The notes under the pieces were generated by a model. That model was given only the letters and a program-made list of their open reading frames with translations. It was not told the DNA's origin and made no database searches. DNA of 64,000 bases from Candidatus Shapirobacteria bacterium (lineage in GTDB: Bacteria > Patescibacteriota > Microgenomatia > UBA12405), in contig JALHFY010000001.1 of assembly GCA_022837635.1 (NCBI GenBank), forward strand, positions 381,693 to 445,692. Reading direction: 5' to 3'. This document shows, in pieces, positions 27,253 to 36,300 of this stretch. Within the stretch, counting starts at the first letter, position 1; each line of letters begins with the position of its first letter. The translations under genes were made by a program, and so were the position numbers.

Positions 27253-28563
27253 TTATCGACTCCACTCTGAGACAGTAATTTCTCGAAAATTATTTTCACT
27301 GTTTTGGGTGTAACCCAGTTCAGTTAAGATTTGGTGGTGGTTGAGGCCGTGAATTATTTCTCCGTAGGGAATCACTAAAAGATTGTTTTCAGTGGGAGTT
27401 TGGGTTTTGCTGTCAATAATATTAACCTCAGCTTGATAAAACTTAATCGGATCACTGAAAGAGGCAATCATGTAAACATTTTGTCCAGGATGGAGGGTTT
27501 GGGCTACAGCTTGCCAGTCTTCGCGGTGAAAATGTGGATTAAAAAGATAAATCAAAGTAAAAATTAAATAAATCCCGCCGATGAATATTTTGTTTCGTCT
27601 TGGGGTGACATTAATTGACAAAATAATAGTAATGATAGGCAAAAGATAAATAAAACGAAAATATTGCAATAGAGGCGATTTGAAGGAAAAGAGAGTGGCC
27701 AAAATTATCGGCAAAATTAAAATAATTTTTAACCAGTTAATTTTTTGATTACTTTTACTTAAAAAATAGGCAATGATTAAAGTCCAAATGCCAGCAATTA
27801 AATAATAGGAATATTTAGGACACCAACTGATTTTACCTAAACTAAATTTAAGCGGAATTAGGAGCAAGTTTTTAAGATTGACTTTACCTAAAACCAAGGA
27901 CCAGTTAGCAACATGGCTCAATGATAAAGTCGAATTATGGAGCTGAATTTTTAGAAGCGGCCAAATTGAAATAATGGCAATAAGAGTCCCAAGGTTAGTT
28001 AATAAAAAGGTTTTTTTATTGCTTTTGAAGAAAGAATAAATGGTCATGGCAGCCAATAAAAAAATGGAACCGTAAAAAGTGTGAAAAGCTAAACAGGCCA
28101 TTAAATTATATAAAAATAAATCGACTGAATTATGTTTACCGTCTTTGATCTTAAGGAAAAAAAAGAGAGCCAAAGTAAGCCACATGGTAGCCATGGCATA
28201 CATCCTTAATTCTTGAGAAAAATAGACAAAGAGAGGGTTGACGGCTAAAAAAATGGCCGCCCATAACCCCGTATTTTGGTTTTTGAGTCTTTTGGCGATC
28301 AAATAGACGACATAAATAGTGACCAGGGAAAACAAGACCGAACTTAAACGGAGAAAAAAGACATTTTTACCCCAAAGATTTTGCCAAAGATTAAGAAAGC
28401 AATAATATAATGGTGGGTGAAAATCATTAACGGAAAAATTGGTCACAATATCTTTGATGGGAAGAGCGGAAACATTGGCGGAAATAGCTTCATCTAGCCA
28501 TAAGGATTGATTCAGGCCAATTAATCTCAGAGCAAAAGCGATAATTAATATTAACCAGATCAT
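27253..28563 (-). CDS. GT-C (family 39/PMT-like) membrane glycosyltransferase
   Basis: SLWLDEA, DFHPPLYY, LRL.S, YFSQELRMY; multi-TM. Start at ATG 28563. Confidence 0.85.
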   Translation of the reverse strand: MIWLILIIAFALRLIGLNQSLWLDEAISANVSALPIKDIVTNFSVNDFHPPLYYCFLNLWQNLWGKNVFFLRLSSVLFSLVTIYVVYLIAKRLKNQNTGLWAAIFLAVNPLFVYFSQELRMYAMATMWLTLALFFFLKIKDGKHNSVDLFLYNLMACLAFHTFYGSIFLLAAMTIYSFFKSNKKTFLLTNLGTLIAIISIWPLLKIQLHNSTLSLSHVANWSLVLGKVNLKNLLLIPLKFSLGKISWCPKYSYYLIAGIWTLIIAYFLSKSNQKINWLKIILILPIILATLFSFKSPLLQYFRFIYLLPIITIILSINVTPRRNKIFIGGIYLIFTLIYLFNPHFHREDWQAVAQTLHPGQNVYMIASFSDPIKFYQAEVNIIDSKTQTPTENNLLVIPYGEIIHGLNHHQILTELGYTQNSENNFREITVSEWSR

Positions 28564-28584
28564 TTTGATATTATATGCTAGTTT

Positions 28585-29748
28585 ATGATAAACCAACCTT
28601 TAGCCTCATTACTACGGCCTAAGAATTTAGAGGAATTTGTAGGTCAAAGGCACTTGGTTGGCCCCGACAAACCTCTTTATTTGGCGATTAAAAATCACCA
28701 AATTTTTTCGATGATTTTTTGGGGACCTCCGGGGGTGGGTAAGACAACTTTGGCGCGAATTATCGCTAAAGAAGCCAAGGCGGAATTGTATGAATTATCG
28801 GCGGTGTCGGCCGGAAAAGATGATATTAGAAAAATTATCAACAGTCCTAATCCCGGACTAATCAAAAAGATTTTATTTTTGGATGAAATCCATAGGTTTA
28901 ATAAGGCGCAGCAAGATTATCTGTTACCTTTTGTAGAGTCGGGGGTACTGACTCTGATTGGCGCCACCACCGAAAATCCCAGTTTTGAGGTGATTGCTCC
29001 CCTGTTGTCTCGCTGTCGAGTTTTTGTTCTCAATGAATTAAGTGATGAGGAGATGGGAGAAATTATTAATCGGGCGGTAAAAGTGTTGAAAATAAAAATT
29101 GATAAAAAAGCCAAGGATTGGTTGATCAATATGGCCAATGGTGATGCTCGTCAAGCCATCACTATGATTGACAATGCCGTGACTCTGTATGGTGATTTAA
29201 GAATTGAGAGCCTAAAAAATGCTTTACAAAACTCTTATCTCCGATTTGATAAACAAGGTGAGGAGCATTACAACACTATCTCCGCTTTTATTAAAAGTAT
29301 GCGCGCCAGTAACCCTGATGCAGCGGTTTATTATTTAGCCCGAATGATTGCCGCCGGTGAAGATCCAAAATTTATTGCCAGACGGATGGTAATTTTTGCT
29401 AGTGAAGATATCGGACCGGCGAATCCCAACGCCTTGCTGTTGGCTAACGAAGTGTTTCAAGCGGTGACCACCATTGGTTATCCGGAATGTGATTTAAATT
29501 TGGCTCAGGGAGCGGTTTATCTGGCCAATTCACCTAAAGACAGGTCAATTTATAACGGTTTGAGAGCGGCTCAGGAAGATGTGAAAAAATTTGGCAATTT
29601 ACCGATTCCGATGAAAATCCGCAACGCACCCACCAAACTGATGAAAGAGGTCGGTTATGGAAAGGGATATGAAATGTATACTACAGAAGATTTATTGCCG
29701 GAAAAATTGAAGGGGAGAAAATATTTTAAAAATTTAAAGAAAAAATGA
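28585..29748 (+). CDS. rarA: Replication-associated recombination protein A
   Basis: [55 protein letters not shown]. Confidence 0.95.
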   Translation: MINQPLASLLRPKNLEEFVGQRHLVGPDKPLYLAIKNHQIFSMIFWGPPGVGKTTLARIIAKEAKAELYELSAVSAGKDDIRKIINSPNPGLIKKILFLDEIHRFNKAQQDYLLPFVESGVLTLIGATTENPSFEVIAPLLSRCRVFVLNELSDEEMGEIINRAVKVLKIKIDKKAKDWLINMANGDARQAITMIDNAVTLYGDLRIESLKNALQNSYLRFDKQGEEHYNTISAFIKSMRASNPDAAVYYLARMIAAGEDPKFIARRMVIFASEDIGPANPNALLLANEVFQAVTTIGYPECDLNLAQGAVYLANSPKDRSIYNGLRAAQEDVKKFGNLPIPMKIRNAPTKLMKEVGYGKGYEMYTTEDLLPEKLKGRKYFKNLKKK

Positions 29749-30212
29749 ATACAGAAAAACAGAAGGCACTCACTCAAGGATTATTAGCGGGTTATGGTGG
29801 CATATCTGAATTTACAACAGTCAACAGAGGTGGGTTTGAATTAAAATCTAGTCATTTTGAAAGTGGTGATGTTGTTTATCATGATGAATGGACTAAAAGA
29901 GGTGGACAAGAAATTGTAAAAATAGGAGATAAATTGATGACACGAGTCTATGCCGGTGGAGTCGCATCAGAAACAATCTTATCAGGCTTAGGAATCACTA
30001 AGGAAGATGTTATCGGTCACTTAAAATCTAGGATTCAAGAACTGGGTGACAAAACTAGATTATGTAAAAATTGTTTTCCAGATAAACAAGATGAATGGGG
30101 TTATCAATATGAAATCTTAGATCAAGATGCAACGATTGCTACGACTACAGGTAAAGAGACTATTACGTATAAAGACCAAACCGTATTTGTACATTGTTTT
30201 GTGATTTTCTAG
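29745..30212 (+). CDS. Hypothetical protein (possibly DUF5680-like)
   Basis: Y.D.W..GGQE.V, Y.GG, G.E.I.YK...VF pattern; ATGA coupling to rarA. Confidence 0.55.
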   Translation: MNTEKQKALTQGLLAGYGGISEFTTVNRGGFELKSSHFESGDVVYHDEWTKRGGQEIVKIGDKLMTRVYAGGVASETILSGLGITKEDVIGHLKSRIQELGDKTRLCKNCFPDKQDEWGYQYEILDQDATIATTTGKETITYKDQTVFVHCFVIF

Positions 30213-30279
30213 AACAGAAACAGAAATAATAGTAATGTAATAAATTTCACTGAATACTTGTGATATTAAAAGTGTCTGT

Positions 30280-30307
30280 TTGACATTGTCATCAATTATG
30301 TTACAAT
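30280..30307 (+). promoter_or_regulatory. Sigma70 promoter of the giant surface-protein gene, with an inverted repeat over the -35
   Basis: TTGACA-16 nt-(TG-t)TACAAT; TGACA-T-TGTCA at 30281-30291. Confidence 0.65.
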
Positions 30308-30341
30308 TCCGGCAGTCCCATAGTTAAAGATTATTTTTCAC

Positions 30342-33300
30342 TTGAAAAATATATTCAAAAAACGAGTCTTTGACAAATTAGCGGCAATTTCCGCTGGTGT
30401 CTCGTTAATTCTCAACATCTTTTTGCCTTTATTAATAGTGATCCCTGTCCGGGCTGAAGAAATAGCAGCCTCTCCATCTGCGGAAGTAATAGAGGCTACT
30501 CCTACCCCTGAACCTACTGCCGCTCCAGAACTGACTCCCGCTCCCGAAGTTACTCCAACTCTAGAACCGTCATTAACTCCAACTGAAACTCCTGAAAATG
30601 CTGATGTTGGTGCTACTGAGGCAGCTGCTACTCCAACTGAAATTGAAGCTAAGCCTACGATTGCGAATGAGAAAAATGATGATAGTGATAAAGAAGAAGT
30701 TTCTCAAAAGTTCCGATCTACTCTTTTAAGTGCTTCTCAGTCAAGCAAGTCCGGTCAATACTCTATTTCTTCTACTAATGGTATTTGGACTAAGGTTGAG
30801 GGAACAAATAACTATGATGGTTTGAATACTGAGGAGATAAGATGGGGATCTGCCTCTTCAGGATCTTCTAGAAGTGGTTTAAGATTTGATGGTGTTGGTA
30901 CAACAACCAGTTTTAACGCCAATGAAAAGTTTTTAATAGGTGGTTTAACTCATTTTAATTGGCCTATATCGGGATCAGCAGCGAATAAAGCAACTCTAAA
31001 AATTACCCTAAATTTTTCAAATCCCTCTATTACGCCCTCGCCTACATTTACATATGATTTTGGTATTGAAGAAACAACCAATACTTACAATTTACAGGAT
31101 TGTAAATATTATGGTAAGCCTGAGCAACAAAGTCAGACTGCTTGCGATGACGTAATTACATTTCCTAATGGAGGTTATGGTGAAGAGGAATACACTATAG
31201 GGGATATGAAGTATACCCTAAAGATTGACGGTTTTCAAAATTCATATCCTGATGGTAAAACGGTTAGTAAGTTCATAACAGAAGAAAGAAAAAATAATGA
31301 GGCATTTTTAGTCGGCCATCTCAGTTCTGTCTTGGTTGAAAGCCCAAAAATCTCCATCATTAAAAAAGTGAATGGTTACGATGCAAATACTCCTGGAGAA
31401 GCAGTCCAAGTCACCGCAGGAGAAACAGTCAACTTTACATATATTGTTCAGAATACAGGTAATGTTAAATTAACAGGCATCTCAGTAACTGACAATAAAG
31501 GAGTTAATGTAAGTTGTCCTAAAACAGAATTAGATCCTGGCACGAGTATGACCTGTACTGGTAGTGCTAAAGCTATTGCGGGCAAATATACTAATATCGG
31601 TACAGTAAATACAACATCTCATCCATCAGTCACAGCTAGTGATCCTGCAAACTATGTCGGTCTTGTTCCTAAAATTAAAATTTGTCATAGAACCGCCTCA
31701 CATACAAGTCCTTATGAAGTAATTGAGCCTGATGCATCTGGAGATTTAAATGGTCATGTGGGACACACGGGGGATATTTGGTTCCCAGGTATAACAGTGG
31801 CATGGGGAGATATTATTAAACCGTTTACATATTACGAAAATGGGGAGCAAAAAGAATTTACAGGCCTCAATTGGAGTGAATATGGACAAGCGGTGTATAA
31901 CAATGACTGTAAAATTCCACAAGGTAAGATAATTATCAACAAAGTTTTAAGCCCAGCCTCTAACGACAACACAGAATTTACAATAGTAGGTAGTGGTACT
32001 CCTGCAATAACAGGTTCTCCTACTTTCTTGTATGAGAGTGGCAGTAATGTCGGAAGTATCAGTAGAAATAAATCTCATACATACAATGCCATGCCCGGTA
32101 CTTATAATATTGGAGAAACAGTTCCGGAAGGATGGAATCTAGTCAGTAATACGTGTTCAAATATCGAAATTGCGAATAACGAAACTAAAGAATGTACTAT
32201 TACTAACACACAAGATGGTTCATTAACTATTGTCAAGAAAGCATTACCATTTGGTATGGATTCATTTGGATTTACTCTGACAGGTAATGGAGTGAGTGAA
32301 CAATTCAGCTTAGTTGATAATTCAGGGACGGAAGATGCAAGCAAGACATTTAGTTTGAAAGCAGGGACATATGCAGTTGCGGAAGATAATTACGACGATT
32401 GGAAGACAACAGCTTCTTGTACAGGTGGACAGACAATAGATAATATTGTCCTAAACGCTGGCGATAGTGTAACTTGTACGTTTGCTAATACAAAATATGG
32501 GTCTATTTCAGGTCATAAATGGAATGATGCTAGTGGAAAAATAGAAGATCCAAATACAGATTTAACTCCAGTTTCTGGATGGACAATCATTCTGAAAGAT
32601 AAAAATGGAGCTGAGATTACTAGAACAACAACTGATGTAAATGGATACTATAAGTTTACCGGATTACTACCTGCAGACTACATAGTCACGGAGGGTTTGG
32701 AAGCTGGTTGGATAGTTTTGGCTGGTGATAGTAGAGATGTGGAGTTGAATGCTGGTAATAACGAGACTAATGTTGATTTCATTAATGTTAAATACGGTAG
32801 TATCAAAGTCTTAAAGAACGTTGATGTAGATGGGAACGGTCAGGTGGATACAGAAGGTGCTACAGATTGGGAATGGTTATTGGGAATGGATACAAAGGCG
32901 AGGATATATGCTACAGGAGAGACAGCTAAAAACTTATTGCCTGGAGTTTATAAAGTATCAGAAACACAGAAAAATGGCTATCATATAACGTCATTAGTAT
33001 GTACAAATAATGGTCAAGAGATTGTTAATGAGGCAAGTGAAAGTGTGAAAATTTCGTTAGAGTCGGGAGATAATGTTGTATGTACCTTTACCAATACCAG
33101 AGACACGGGTACATTAATTGTTAGAAAAGAAGTTGTTAATGATAATGGTGGTGCTCTGACAGCCAAGGACTTTTCATTTAAGATTGATACCGGTAAAGGG
33201 ATTGTTTTTGATCAAGATCCCACAAATCCTTTATTGGGTGAGAATACGTATAAGACTTTCCCAACTGGTACCTACACTATTACAGAACTAGAGGCAAATC

Positions 33301-36300
33301 AAAGAGGATATGCTACCTCATACAACAACTGTGACAAAGTAGAGGTTAAGAAAGGCGAAACAGCTGTTTGTACAATTACAAACAATGATAAAGCAGCAAA
33401 GCTAACTGTAATCAAGAAAGTCATTAATGATAATGGGGGAACAGCAAAAGTAAAAGATTTTGAAATTAAATTAAATGATAAAGACTTGGAATTTAAGTTA
33501 GATCAAGGAAGTGTAAGTAAATATATTTCTACTTATATTTCTACTCCAGAAGTCCAATCTAACACGGAGTATAAATTGACAGAAATTGATCATCCTGGTT
33601 ATAAGGAAGGAAAATGGAGTTGTAAGCCCAAAAAGGACGATGGAACTGGAGATGCAAGACCAGTACCCACCAAGGAAGGGCCGTCAACCTCTTTCACCTT
33701 ATCTCCAGGAAAGGAGATTGTTTGCACGATTACCAACGACGATATTGCCCCTTCGTTACAACTAATTAAGAAGGTCGTTAATGATAATGGTGGTACAGCA
33801 GTGGCAACCGATTGGAATCTAAAGGCAGAGGGTCTAACTCCAATTTCGGGAGATGGTAGTGCTATAAGTGGAAATAAATTCAAGGCTGGTGCATATACTT
33901 TGAGCGAAAATAGTGCTGTCACAGGATATAGTGCTAGTGATTGGAATTGTACAAATGGGATTGAGGTTGATGGCAACAACGGAATAACCCTGGGAATAGG
34001 TCAATCTACAGTCTGTACCATTACTAATGATGACGTGGCGCCAACTCTTAAACTAGTTAAGAATGTTGATAATGGCCATGGTGGTCCATCAAATGCAAAT
34101 GATTGGACATTAACTGCAAAATCAGAAACAGAAGAATTCAGTAATCTTGGTGATGCTGATACGACTCACACAGTTACGGCAGGAGTTGTCTATACATTGA
34201 GTGAGACAGGTCCAGAAAAATATGAAGCAGGAGAATGGGAGTGTACCAATAACATTGTGGTTGATAATAATAATGGAATAACTCTCGGATTGGGACAATC
34301 AACTGTTTGTACAATTACCAATACCTACTCACCTGGTTGTATTGAAGGTGAAGGTATTGGAGCTGATATAGTTGCTTCGGTTACACCAGGCACCAGATAT
34401 GACGGTAATCCTATTGTAAACTTGGGAAGTGAGGATAGAACAAAACCAGGAAATGCATTGGGTACAGCTGATGATAAATTCTACAGTTTGGGTAAAGATG
34501 GAGAGATTGAGCTGGAGTTTACCGGTTTCGTAGAAAATGTAGCCGGTAACGATTTCTCTATTCATGAGGTAACTTGGAATAGAGATAGCGACAAAGAAGA
34601 AAAGGCAGAAGTGTATGTTAAAAACAGCAATTCTGACTGGAAATATCTTGGAGAAGCCAGCAGTTTCAGTGATGGAAATAATGATGGAAAAAGAGATGGA
34701 ATCACACATTTTGATTTTGGAAACACAGGATTACCTTGGATAAATGCTATTAAACTGGTTGAGTCATCGGTGGGTCAGGATAATAACGATGACGGCTTTG
34801 ATTTGAATGCTATCGTGGCCGCCAGTCATGTTTGTAAAGAACCTTCTGTATCACAAGTAAAGATTTGTAAAGTGGATAATAAAAATAGACCATTGTCAGG
34901 CTGGGATGTGATGTTAAAAGAAAAAGTAGATGGTCCTAGTTTGATAAATGTATCCAACGATAGTGGGACTAATTCCTCTGATTTACTAGCAGGAAAATAC
35001 CTTATCAAAGTTAGTGGTACATATAGATATGGAAATTCTTCAATGAATGCTGACGCAGGCTTTTCGTACAGACCACAGGGAATACCCAGTGGTTGTGATT
35101 GTTGGTTAGATGGACACGAAATATCAGGAGGTTTAATGGCTCGGGTAAATGGAGAGGCAGTAAATTGGGGAGCTTATAATGATGGTCATGTTTACACATA
35201 TGTATATGATCATAATGGGGGAAAAATAAACATATCAATCCGGGACAATATATATATAGATAATGTAAATAATAATAATTTCCAGTTTGAAATTTTCAGA
35301 ATACCGGAAGGTTATTATGGTACTACTGGTAACGATGGGTGTGTTATCTTAAACAACGTCCTTTATGGAGATTACATTCTTGATGAAATCTTGAAAGAAG
35401 GATGGATTAATGTCTCTGGGAAAGGAAGTTCGGTGTCAGTAGATTCTTTAGAAGAAGTCTTTACATTAGTAAACAGAGAAGATGCTCCTGTAACCATAGT
35501 GGCGACCAAAATTGTCTGTAATAATGAAGCAGATTTGCCAAATTGGGGTTATGGAGCTCCTGATAATATAACCAAGGATACGGCTTCAAATTTCCTGGCT
35601 TCACGTCCCAATTGTCGTCGAGAATCTGGTTGGAGTTTCCAATGGGGAAATGATAGTTCAACTAACCCAGGAGATACGCACACAGGAGAAGCATCCGGTT
35701 GGCACACCTTTGGTCCGACTGGTTCTGACGGAGTTGCTACTGTCAATATTAACGACTTTGGCAACACTTCTCAAATTAAGGTGAGAGAGGTTTTGAAAGA
35801 AAATTATATTCCGTTTACATATTTAACCAACAAAAACAATTCCAACAATGTGTCTGCAGAAATCTATTGTCACACCGATGTTTTGAATTATGACAACGAT
35901 GATAGATTTATACCCGAATACGGAAATACCTATTATTGTGTTGCTTGGAACGTGGAAAAGAATCCATTGTTATCGATAGTGAAGAGTGGTGCTTTTGTTG
36001 ATGGAAATGCCAATGGTTTTGCAGATGTGGGAGAGACTATCAACTATAGCTTCACAGTTAAAAATGAAGGTAATGTCACTTTAACCAATGTGACTGTCAC
36101 CGATCCTAAAGTGACTGTGATTGGTGGTCCGATTACACTTAATGTGGGTCAAACTGATGCCACTACATTTACCGCTTCTTATGTGTTGACTCAGGATGAT
36201 GTTGACACTGGAAAAGTAGATAACACCGCTACTGCTGATTCAGACGAATCAGAACCAGCGTCAGATGATGAGACCGTCACTTTTAATACGAAAAAACCCA

